From: Opitutales bacterium
GTDB lineage: Bacteria > Verrucomicrobiota > Verrucomicrobiia > Opitutales > Coraliomargaritaceae
DNA length: 41,654 nucleotides
Assembly: GCA_049598495.1 (NCBI GenBank)
Contig: JBMYNR010000014.1
Coordinates: 1-41,654 of the forward strand
Reading direction: 5' to 3'
Shown here: positions 33,873 to 41,654 of the stretch, piece by piece
How positions within the stretch are numbered: the first letter of the stretch is position 1
Layout of the letters: every line of letters starts with the position of its first letter
Notes under the pieces: model-generated
What the model saw: the letters and a program-made list of their open reading frames with translations, nothing else
Database searches by the model: none
What the model was told of the DNA's origin: nothing
Position numbers and translations under genes: made by a program

Positions 33873-35609
33873 ATGACAAACGCACCATATATTCCAGATA
33901 GCGCACCCTTCAGCGAAGATCAACGCGCATGGCTGAACGGATACCTTGCGGGGCTTTACTCGTCCGATGGCAACGCGGACAACTCCGCGCCCGTTGCTGC
34001 CACTCCGGTTACGATTCTTTTCGGCTCGCAGACGGGAACCGCAGAGACACTCAGTAAAAAAGCGGCCAAGCAACTCAAGGCCTCGAATTGCGAACCGACC
34101 ATCGTGGATATGGGCGATATCTCGGCGGAAGAACTCCAGGCCGTGGAGAACCTATTGATTATTACGAGCACTTACGGTGAAGGAGAGCCGCCCGATAATG
34201 CTCAATCACTCCATGCGGCCTTGATGAGCGACGGAGCTCCGAAACTAAAGGCAACCCGCTTTTCCGTGATGGGCCTGGGCGATTCGTCTTATCCGGATTT
34301 CTGTCAATGCAGCAAGGAGTTCGATGCGCGACTGGAGGCTCTCGGCGCACAACGTTTTGCGCCAATGGTCGAAGCGGATGGTGATCCGGATGATGCTTTT
34401 TCTGAGTGGCTCGGGGCTGTCCAAGGAGTATTGGGCGAAGCCGGTTCGAGCGCAGCAGCCGTCGTTGAGTCTGAAGGCGACAGTAATGAGCCGGAGTTTC
34501 ACAAGAAGAACCCATTTCCCGCTACATTACTCAAGACAGAGAATCTAAACAAGGAAGGCTCGTCGAAGGTGACACACCATGTTGAGATTTCCCTCGAAGA
34601 CTCGGGACTCGATTACGAAGTCGGTGATGCGCTGGGGGTGTATCCCGAAAATAATGCACGACTCGTCGATGAGATTATCGAAGCGGCGGGCTTTGCGCCC
34701 GAGGAGTCGGCACCCGTTCCGGCTGGTGACGATTTACCTGTTTTTGAGGCACTTCGCTTCCACTACGATGTGAGCGTGCTCACGGAAGCATTTCTTTTGG
34801 CATGCGCCCGTTTGACGAAAAACGAGGAGCTGCATTCGATCGTTTCTGATGAATCCAAGCGGGAAGAGTATCTTTCCGGTAGGGGGCTCGTCGATCCGAT
34901 CATCGATTTCGGGGTGAAATTCCCAACAACCGAATACCTCGTGGCCCCGCTCAAGAGTCTCAATCCGCGTCTCTATTCAATCTCATCCAGCCCTAAGGCG
35001 CACCCGGGCGAAGTTCATTTGACGGTAGGAAAGGTGACTTACGATCTGCATGGGCGCGAGCGCATGGGTGTTTGCTCTACCTATCTTGCTGAGCACAAGC
35101 TCGATCGTCCGGTGAGAATTTACGTGCACGCAAACAAGGCCTTCCGACTCACAGAGAATGACGATGCGCCGGCGATCATGATCGGACCGGGCACCGGGAT
35201 TGCACCATTCCGAGCATTCCTTGAAGAACGGGAAGCGCGCGGCGCGAAGGGGAAGAATTGGCTATTTTTCGGCGACCAGCATGCGGCCACTGATTTTCTC
35301 TATCAGGATCAAATCGACTCGTGGATGAAGTCCGGCCTGTTGACGAAACTCGATACCGCCTTCTCTCGCGACCAGCAAGAAAAGATCTATGTGCAGAACC
35401 GTATCATTGAGCATGCCAATGAATTCTTCCAGTGGCTGGAAGAGGGCGGCAGCATTTACATCTGCGGGGATGCCAGTCGTATGGCGAAGGACGTCGATGC
35501 TGCCATCCACAAAGCGGTTGAACTGGCGGGGAATAAGTCTGAAGACGAGGCCAAGGCCTACGTAGAGGCGTTAAAGAAAGAGAAGCGTTACCTTCGCGAC
35601 GTCTATTGA
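33873..35609 (+). CDS. CysJ-like NAD(P)H diflavin reductase (flavodoxin + FAD/NAD domains)
   Basis: FGSQTGTA, STYGEGEPP, LGDSSY, RLYSISSS, GVCSTYL, GPGTGIAPFR, YICGDA and RYLRDVY. Confidence 0.92.
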   Translation: MTNAPYIPDSAPFSEDQRAWLNGYLAGLYSSDGNADNSAPVAATPVTILFGSQTGTAETLSKKAAKQLKASNCEPTIVDMGDISAEELQAVENLLIITSTYGEGEPPDNAQSLHAALMSDGAPKLKATRFSVMGLGDSSYPDFCQCSKEFDARLEALGAQRFAPMVEADGDPDDAFSEWLGAVQGVLGEAGSSAAAVVESEGDSNEPEFHKKNPFPATLLKTENLNKEGSSKVTHHVEISLEDSGLDYEVGDALGVYPENNARLVDEIIEAAGFAPEESAPVPAGDDLPVFEALRFHYDVSVLTEAFLLACARLTKNEELHSIVSDESKREEYLSGRGLVDPIIDFGVKFPTTEYLVAPLKSLNPRLYSISSSPKAHPGEVHLTVGKVTYDLHGRERMGVCSTYLAEHKLDRPVRIYVHANKAFRLTENDDAPAIMIGPGTGIAPFRAFLEEREARGAKGKNWLFFGDQHAATDFLYQDQIDSWMKSGLLTKLDTAFSRDQQEKIYVQNRIIEHANEFFQWLEEGGSIYICGDASRMAKDVDAAIHKAVELAGNKSEDEAKAYVEALKKEKRYLRDVY

Positions 35610-35630
35610 GCCACTTGGGAACTAATCTTC

Positions 35631-35660
35631 AAAACCGAAGCGGGAACGCTTCGGTTTTTT
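35631..35660. terminator. Intrinsic terminator ending the nitrate operon
   Basis: AAAACCGAAGCG-ggaa-CGCTTCGGTTTTTT. Confidence 0.9.
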
Positions 35661-35697
35661 CTGCCTTCGAATGGTTCAAAAGAAATTCAATCGAACT

Positions 35698-35712
35698 ATG
35701 AAAACGGTTCAT
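35698..35712. promoter_or_regulatory. Putative LysR box 2 (ATGA-N7-TCAT)
   Basis: ATGAAAACGGTTCAT, a dyad upstream of the porin gene. Confidence 0.6.
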
Positions 35713-35801
35713 GTTCAATTCGTTTCAAATGAATACAATTGGCACAGATGGTGTTACTAAACATTTCGGGAAAAGGCACTCTTTCCAACAACAAACTAGA
35801 A

Positions 35802-37037
35802 ATGAATACAGTATATAAACTCACTACTATGGCAGCCCTCGTGGCTGTTAACACAACCGGCCTTCTGGCCGATTCTATCGAGTCCGCCCTCGACGACTCC
35901 AAAGCAAAGCTTTCCGAGGCGGTTCCGGGCAAATTCTCGATCAACTCCCGCGTGCGCTACGAGGTTTTTGACGTGGATAATGGCAATCCAGCCCTTGACC
36001 GCGACGGAACTTCGCTCCGTGTCCGCTATGGCTACACTACGCCGAATTTCGAAGGATTCACAGCGATGGTTGAAGGCGAGACTTTAACGCGCCTCGGTGG
36101 TGATCCTGCAGACATACACCCGCTTGACGATGCCGGTGACGGCACCGATCTAAACCAACTCTGGGTGCAGTATGCTGACGCGGACAATGGTAAAGTTAAG
36201 GTAGGACGCCAGATTTACGCACTTGATGACCAACGTTTTATCGGTCATGTTGGATGGCGCCAAAATATCCAGGTTTTTGATGCCGCTACCTTCGACTATA
36301 CTGGTGTTGATAAAGTCTCCGTGAAGGGCTTCTTTATCGATGAACGTCATCTTGTGGGCGGAACGCATAATAAAACGGATACATGGGGCCTGAATGTATC
36401 CTACGCTTTTGCTCCTTCATTTAAGCTTACAGGTTTCTATTATGATATCGAGGGTGAAGATGCGGCTGCTACAACAAGTCAGACTATTGGTCTGCGCGCC
36501 ACCGGTTCCTACAAGATTGAGGATGTGAAGCTGGCTTACTCTGTTAGCATCGCAGAGCAGGAAAATGACGGTTCACCGCTTGCGGACTATGATGCCGGTT
36601 ACTTTGCCGGTGATCTGGCTGCGACATTCAGTGGCCTTACCCTTGGTGGTGGCTTTGAGATTCTTGAGCCGAGTTTCCGCACACCGTTTGCGACGGTCCA
36701 TAAGTTCAATGGTTTTGCCGATGCACTGCTTCCTCTGGGAGGTTTCGCGGAGGGACTTGAGGATATGTATGTCTATGCGGGCTACAAAATCCCTGTGGGT
36801 AACGGCATTGCTTTTAAAGTTATCTATCACTGGTTCGATGCTGAAGATTCGGCTCCTGGTCGGGATGGTGGTGAAGAACTCGACTTTGTCGCTTCATACA
36901 AAATCAATAAGTATTTCAACATACTAGCTAAGTATGGAAGTTACGAATCCGATGGTGGTCTTACTGCGCCTGACCCAGCTTGGTCTGGTCGAGCTGATAA
37001 GGATATGTTCACCCTCGAGCTCAATTTCGTATATTAG
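35802..37037 (+). CDS. Outer-membrane beta-barrel porin, alginate-export-family-like
   Basis: Signal peptide, RVRYE, KVGRQ..LDDQRFIGHVGWRQN, FRTPFATVHKFNG, and a C-terminal aromatic residue (ELNFVY). Confidence 0.8.
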   Translation: MNTVYKLTTMAALVAVNTTGLLADSIESALDDSKAKLSEAVPGKFSINSRVRYEVFDVDNGNPALDRDGTSLRVRYGYTTPNFEGFTAMVEGETLTRLGGDPADIHPLDDAGDGTDLNQLWVQYADADNGKVKVGRQIYALDDQRFIGHVGWRQNIQVFDAATFDYTGVDKVSVKGFFIDERHLVGGTHNKTDTWGLNVSYAFAPSFKLTGFYYDIEGEDAAATTSQTIGLRATGSYKIEDVKLAYSVSIAEQENDGSPLADYDAGYFAGDLAATFSGLTLGGGFEILEPSFRTPFATVHKFNGFADALLPLGGFAEGLEDMYVYAGYKIPVGNGIAFKVIYHWFDAEDSAPGRDGGEELDFVASYKINKYFNILAKYGSYESDGGLTAPDPAWSGRADKDMFTLELNFVY

Positions 37038-37062
37038 GTTTAGGCGTTATTGTTTAGGTTTG

Positions 37063-37092
37063 AGCGAGGTCGCTACGGCGGCCTCGCTTTTT
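37063..37092 (+). terminator. Intrinsic terminator after the porin gene
   Basis: AGCGAGGTCGC-tacg-GCGGCCTCGCT-TTTT. Confidence 0.8.
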
Positions 37093-37136
37093 CGTTGTCG
37101 GAAATCCCGTATCTCTGTGCACTGAAAGGCAGCCGA

Positions 37137-38216
37137 ATGTCCTACAACGCACGAATCGCAGAATGCTACCAAGAGGTCTCACTCAGTCGTGAGGAGCTGG
37201 CCTACTATGCACGGCATATCTTGCTGCCAGGTGTCGGTCTGGACGGGCAACGAAAGCTGAAAGCGGCTCGTGTTCTTGTTGTGGGTGCAGGAGGGCTCGG
37301 GTGCCCCGTGTTGCAGGGCCTCGCGGGCGCAGGTGTCGGGCAGATCACGGTGGTCGATGGCGATCAAGTCTCGAAGTCAAATTTATCCCGGCAATGGCTC
37401 CACGACTATGCCGAGGTCGGGCGAAATAAGGCAGACTCCGCAGCCGCGAGTATCGAGAAACGGAATCCGTTTATTTCCGTGCTGGCTGTGGCTGAGATGC
37501 TGGCGGAGACTAACGCCCGGACGCTCATTGAGTCCTGCGATCTTGTGGTCGATGCCACAGACGATCTCGAGGTTCGTTATCTAATTGATTCGGTCTGTGC
37601 GGCTCAGGGTCGTCCGTGGATTCATGCGGCGCTCTACCGAGAGTCCTCTCAGATGACCGTTTTCTGGGCGTCATGTGGCGCGACCTTTCAGAGTCTCTAT
37701 CCGGACCCTTCAATTGCGCCTTCCTGCTCAGGGGCCGGGATGTTGGGTGCGAGCGCCAGCCTGACGGGCAACCTGCAAGCCTTGGAAGCAATCAAACTCA
37801 TTACCGGCACGGGGAGACCAACTGTTGGCGAAGTGGTCTCGATTAACTCGGCCGATCTTGTGATGGAGCGATTCCGCATGGCTGGCATTTCTCAACCCAA
37901 ACCGATCACATCGGAGGCGGCCTCCTCATCACCATGGGCACTTTCGGCCAGCGAGCTAAAACAAGCCCTCTCAATACACCAATCGCTGACTCTAGTCGAT
38001 CTTCGCAAAGAAGGAGAGGCATTGGTTCAGAATTCCATCCGCATGACAGAGGAGCAAGTGCTGGAAGCGGGCCTTCCTGAACAGGTCTCAGGGAGGACGG
38101 TGCTTGTCTGTGAAAAGGGGATTATCAGTGCGATGCTTGCTGATGCGCTATCCCGTTATCACGAACAACTTTACTTTCTCGAAGGCGGCACGCAGGCCTT
38201 CGAGGAACTAGCCTAA
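37137..38216 (+). CDS. moeB: MoeB/ThiF adenylyltransferase with a C-terminal rhodanese-like domain
   Basis: YARHILL..GQRKLK, VGAGGLG, D..SNLSRQ, DATD and PSC..GMLG; C-terminal VLVCEKG and LEGG. Confidence 0.85.
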   Translation: MSYNARIAECYQEVSLSREELAYYARHILLPGVGLDGQRKLKAARVLVVGAGGLGCPVLQGLAGAGVGQITVVDGDQVSKSNLSRQWLHDYAEVGRNKADSAAASIEKRNPFISVLAVAEMLAETNARTLIESCDLVVDATDDLEVRYLIDSVCAAQGRPWIHAALYRESSQMTVFWASCGATFQSLYPDPSIAPSCSGAGMLGASASLTGNLQALEAIKLITGTGRPTVGEVVSINSADLVMERFRMAGISQPKPITSEAASSSPWALSASELKQALSIHQSLTLVDLRKEGEALVQNSIRMTEEQVLEAGLPEQVSGRTVLVCEKGIISAMLADALSRYHEQLYFLEGGTQAFEELA

Positions 38217-38222
38217 GTCCCT

Positions 38223-38588
38223 CTAGAGAGCACGGATCCCTGCCGAAAGGACTTCGGCGGCCTTTTCAATATCTGTACCGTCGTGAGCGGTGCAAACGAA
38301 GCAGGTCTCGTAGGCCGACGGGGGAAGGTAGACACCGTTGGAGAGGGAATATTTGAACAGCTTGGTGAATTGTCCCGTCTCGCTGCTTGTGGCATCCTCA
38401 AAATTCCGAACAGGCGTTTCGCTGAAAAAGAGCGCAAACATAGAGCCGACCTGAGGGACCTGAAGGGCCAAACCTTTTTCCTTGGCCGCATCAACCAAGG
38501 CATCCCTGATCTGCTCGCCGAGTGTCTCAAAGAGCGGGTAGGGGTTCGTTTCTTTGAGCTTTTTGAGTGCCGCGATTCCTCCTGCCAT
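38223..38588 (-). pseudogene. hemL: 3' remnant of glutamate-1-semialdehyde 2,1-aminomutase
   Basis: [43 protein letters not shown] matches the last ~120 aa of HemL. The PLP-binding N-terminal part is absent before oppC. Confidence 0.8.
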
Positions 38589-38679
38589 GCGAAAACTCGT
38601 GATACAGCTCAACACGATCATCAAAAATTTAGATGATGAGCTTGTTCGAGGCACAGTTCTTCACTGAGTGTCTGGAAAT

Positions 38680-39579
38680 TCACTGGGCTTTCACTGGGTG
38701 TTTTACTGAGTCTTTCGGGTCGAGGGCATCCCTCAAGCCGTCACCTATAAAGTTGAGAGCAAAAATTGTGAGTGAAAAGAAAAGTGCGGGGAACAGCAAC
38801 ATCCACGGATAGATATCAAGTTTGACAGCACCCTCGTTAATCAGGATGCCCCACGAGCTCATGGGTGGTTGCACGCCGAGCCCGAGAAAGCTGATAACGG
38901 ACTCAAGAAGAATGACGGCCGGTATGGTCAATGTCGTGAATACAATAACAGGACTCAGTAGGTTGGGCAGGATGTGACACCTCAGAATTCGGCAGGTTGG
39001 CACTCCGGTTACAATTGCGGCATCGACAAATGTCTGTTGGCGTAGAGCCTTGCTTTGCCCGCGAACAATACGTGCCATGGTCAGCCATTCGGCGGCACCG
39101 ATTGCGAGGAAAATGAGCAGGATGCTGCGACCAATCAGCACCGTGAGTAGAATGACAATGATGGTAAAGGGCAGGGCGTAGAGCGTATCGACGAAGCGCA
39201 TCATGAAGGCTTCGATCCGGCCGCCGTAATAGCCTGCAATCATACCGTAAGTCACACCGATGATGAGTGCGACGGCTGTGGCGGCGAAGCCGACGCCGAT
39301 TGAAATTCTTCCTCCAACCAGTGTTCGCACAAGTATGTCACGACCTAGTTCATCGGTGCCAAACCAGTGTGCAGCCGAGGGGGGCTGTGCGCCGTAGGCG
39401 AGCTGGGTCGTCTCATGCGAGTAGGGGATCAGTATCGGGCCGAGCAGGCAGAGCAGCGTGATCGAGACAAACAAGACGCCCCCGATTTGCGCCATACGGT
39501 TGCTACGCAATCGTTCCCATGCGTCACGCCCGAGGGAATGGGCCTTGTTCACGGTCTGCTCGCGTTCAAGTTTAGTCAT
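38680..39579 (-). CDS. oppC: Oligo/dipeptide ABC transporter permease
   Basis: HWFGTDELGRD, GGRISI, ARIVRGQ, HILPN and SFLGLGVQPP. Confidence 0.93.
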   Translation of the reverse strand: MTKLEREQTVNKAHSLGRDAWERLRSNRMAQIGGVLFVSITLLCLLGPILIPYSHETTQLAYGAQPPSAAHWFGTDELGRDILVRTLVGGRISIGVGFAATAVALIIGVTYGMIAGYYGGRIEAFMMRFVDTLYALPFTIIVILLTVLIGRSILLIFLAIGAAEWLTMARIVRGQSKALRQQTFVDAAIVTGVPTCRILRCHILPNLLSPVIVFTTLTIPAVILLESVISFLGLGVQPPMSSWGILINEGAVKLDIYPWMLLFPALFFSLTIFALNFIGDGLRDALDPKDSVKHPVKAQ

Positions 39580-40489
39580 GCTGGGTGCGCGGGTTCATCC
39601 ACATTTGGATCAGGTCGACGAGGAGGTTGAAGAAAAGAATTAGAACGGCATAAAACAGTACTGTACCCATCACCATGGTGCTGTCTCGATTGAATGCAGA
39701 ATTCACAAAGAAGCTGCCGAGGCCGGGGATAAAGAAGATCGTCTCCACCACAAATGAACCGCTGATCAGGCCGGCAACGGCTGGCCCGAGATAGGCGACT
39801 ACCGGGTAGAGTGCTGTCCGTAGGGCGTGCCGCAGGATGACGATCGTTTCAAACAGACCTTTGGCACGCGCGGTCCGTATATAGTCCATCCGCATGACAT
39901 CGAGCATGCCGCTGCGCGCGAGGCGTGCGATGTAAGCCGCGTAGAAGAGCCCAAGGGTGATGGCAGGGAGAACACGATCACTCGGGTGGTTCCAGCCGAA
40001 GGGATTAAACCAGCCGAGTTGCATGCTGAAAATCAGGATCAGGACGGGCCCGAGAACAAAGGTCGGGAGGCAAATCCCAAGCATGGCAAATCCCATGAGG
40101 AAACTCTCCGATGGGCGCTTATGCTTAATCGCAGCAATGACGCCGATTGGGGTGCCTACGACAATGGCCACCAGCAGTGCGTAAAACCCAAGTTCGAGGG
40201 AGACAGGAAAGCTCTGTGCGATGATCTCGTCGACATCCCAACCGGCATACTTGTAGGAGGGGCCGAAATCGCCACTCAGTCGCTGTAAGAGGAAGCGAAA
40301 ATACTGCTCATAGATGGGCAGATCGAGACCGTAATGGGCGTTGATGCTAGCTTGCACCTCTTCGCTGACGTCCTTCTCGGTATCGAAGGGGCCGCCTGGT
40401 GTCAGATGGAGTAAAATAAATGTCGCCGTTGCAATCACCCAAAGCGTTGGGATCGCTTGAAGCAACCGTCTGATAATGATCGTGTGCAA
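39572..40489 (-). CDS. oppB: Oligo/dipeptide ABC transporter permease
   Basis: PGGPFD, GDFGPSY, DYIRTARAKGL and VVETIF.IPGLG; TTG start. Confidence 0.93.
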   Translation of the reverse strand: MHTIIIRRLLQAIPTLWVIATATFILLHLTPGGPFDTEKDVSEEVQASINAHYGLDLPIYEQYFRFLLQRLSGDFGPSYKYAGWDVDEIIAQSFPVSLELGFYALLVAIVVGTPIGVIAAIKHKRPSESFLMGFAMLGICLPTFVLGPVLILIFSMQLGWFNPFGWNHPSDRVLPAITLGLFYAAYIARLARSGMLDVMRMDYIRTARAKGLFETIVILRHALRTALYPVVAYLGPAVAGLISGSFVVETIFFIPGLGSFFVNSAFNRDSTMVMGTVLFYAVLILFFNLLVDLIQMWMNPRTQHD

Positions 40490-40585
40490 ACTAGTTAACC
40501 TGTCTGAACGACTGGGCCGCTAAATCAACCCCATATAGTGACATTTGCTCAAAAGACAGCGCCTACAGTCAAGGCGCAGATCGAT

Positions 40586-40615
40586 TTGAAATGAAATTTT
40601 TCGAAGTGCTATAAT
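40586..40615 (+). promoter_or_regulatory. Sigma70-type promoter with extended -10
   Basis: TTGAAA-18 bp-TATAAT with TGn directly before the -10; 40 bp upstream of the exonuclease ATG. Confidence 0.65.
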
Positions 40616-40655
40616 GTATCGACCTCGCCTCGGCTGTGTCCAATCATGATCCTGA

Positions 40656-41315
40656 ATGCACGAAGTGCCGATCCATTTCATTGATTTTGAAGGTAGCCGC
40701 CAAAGCGGGGTGGTTGAGTATGGATTTGTCACGCTTTTACGAGGGCAGATAGTCGACTCCCAAACTCGGGTTTGTTCACCAGTTGGTAGGATTACCGATG
40801 TGGATCGTGGGCAGCACGGAATATCCGAGGAGCTTGCAGCCCGGGAGTCCCTCTTTGAAACGGAATGGTCGCTGTTTGCAGATCTCCGAGAAAGTGGGCC
40901 GTTTTGTGCGCACAATGCAGTGGTCGAGGACAGATTTCTGAGAGCTGTCTGGCCCTATCCGCGCACATCGCCCGACTTTTCGAAAGAGGGTAAGTGCATT
41001 CCATCGTGGGGGCCCTGGCTCGATACCCTGCACCTATATCGCCGGATTTATCCACAATTGGAGAGTCATAAGCTCAGTGTCTTAATTCAGGCCTTTGATC
41101 TACAGGCACGGCTCGATTTGCAGGCTTCGGAGCTTTGTCCGCCGGAACGTTGCCGTTTTCATTGTGCGCTTTATGATGCCTTGGCGTCGGCGCTCCTGCT
41201 TCAGAGACTTGATGAAGAGTCCGAACTGCGCGAAGCAAGCCTGCGCTGGTTGTTTTTACAAAGTGCTGGGTCTGAATCCACCCGTGAAGCTATGGGCCAA
41301 CAGGAATTGCTCTGA
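40656..41315 (+). CDS. DEDDh 3'-5' exonuclease (DnaQ-like)
   Basis: IDFE, AHNA, LDT and HCALYDA motifs. Confidence 0.88.
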   Translation: MHEVPIHFIDFEGSRQSGVVEYGFVTLLRGQIVDSQTRVCSPVGRITDVDRGQHGISEELAARESLFETEWSLFADLRESGPFCAHNAVVEDRFLRAVWPYPRTSPDFSKEGKCIPSWGPWLDTLHLYRRIYPQLESHKLSVLIQAFDLQARLDLQASELCPPERCRFHCALYDALASALLLQRLDEESELREASLRWLFLQSAGSESTREAMGQQELL

Positions 41316-41318
41316 GTC

Positions 41319-41434
41319 GGTGGGGCGTGCTTGCCGAGCGCGCCATTCGGCAATCGAAGCCGCATTTCCACATCTTAAACACAGGCCCTCAATTTCACTC
41401 GGCGAATGGCGGTTTCGGGGCAAACCGCGCTACC
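41319..41434. repeat. Inverted REP-like doublet (GTAG/GTGG type)
   Basis: Left unit GGTGGGGCGTGCTTGCCGAGCGCGCCATTCG; right unit (reverse complement) GGTAGCGCGGTTTGCCCCGAAACCGCCATTCG. Each is GT(A/G)G followed by a GC-rich hairpin. Confidence 0.65.
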
Positions 41435-41544
41435 TTTATGCTTAGAATTAAGAAAAAATAGATAGCAGCGATCGTCTCTGGTCGCCATCGTTAGCGAAAA
41501 TGCTGTTTCCTGTTGGCAATAGCCCAGTAGATTCCCTCAATCCG

Positions 41545-41654
41545 ATGTCCAGTTTACCTAAAATCGTCTATTTCGGCTCCGATGCCATCTGTCTCCCGGG
41601 CCTTATCTACCTCTTTGAAGGGGGGCACAATCTTTGTGAAGTCGTGGGGGTGGT
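41545..41654 (+). CDS. fmt: Methionyl-tRNA formyltransferase, N-terminus (runs off the window)
   Basis: MSSLPKIVYFGSDAICLPGL...EVVGV resembles the Fmt start KIVFMGTPxF..L..EVVGV; only 36 codons are visible. Confidence 0.7.
   Translation, partial: MSSLPKIVYFGSDAICLPGLIYLFEGGHNLCEVVGV

Noticed and set aside
28253..35609. NirA + CysJ-like pair as a sulfite reductase (cysIJ)
   Set aside because: The pair is embedded with nrt and nitrate reductase genes and no cysH/D/N is present, so nitrite is the more parsimonious substrate; this is not proven.

Overview
Bacterial chromosomal window. The ACIII-cbb3 synteny, the nitrate-cluster layout and the A/C-rich leaders lacking Shine-Dalgarno sites suggest Verrucomicrobiota (Opitutales-like); this is inference. 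From left to right: (1) a sodium:solute symporter gene broken by an internal deletion; (2) a respiratory cluster with a CcoI-like Cu ATPase, a small Tat-like peptide, alternative complex III (actABCDEF, actG-like), ccoS, ccoN, ccoO and a monoheme cytochrome c; (3) a ~22 kb nitrate-assimilation block: TauE permease, MOSC protein, Moco genes (moaE, moaD, mobA, moaC, moeA, moaA, moeB), a LysR regulator, a cytoplasmic NrtA/NasS-like protein, an Nrt ABC transporter, NirA, an Fe-S/DmsC membrane-anchor fusion, a Nas-type nitrate reductase, a CysJ-like diflavin reductase and a porin; (4) a hemL 3' remnant, oppC/oppB, a DEDDh exonuclease, a REP-like doublet and the start of fmt. The best candidate for an under-described system is the nitrate module. 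The catalytic subunit has no Tat signal but is coupled to a quinol-type membrane anchor. NirA and the diflavin reductase share the same N-terminal helix motif, a possible docking element. Two promoters share a LysR-type ATGA-N7-TCAT box. No rRNA, tRNA, CRISPR array or transposase gene was seen.
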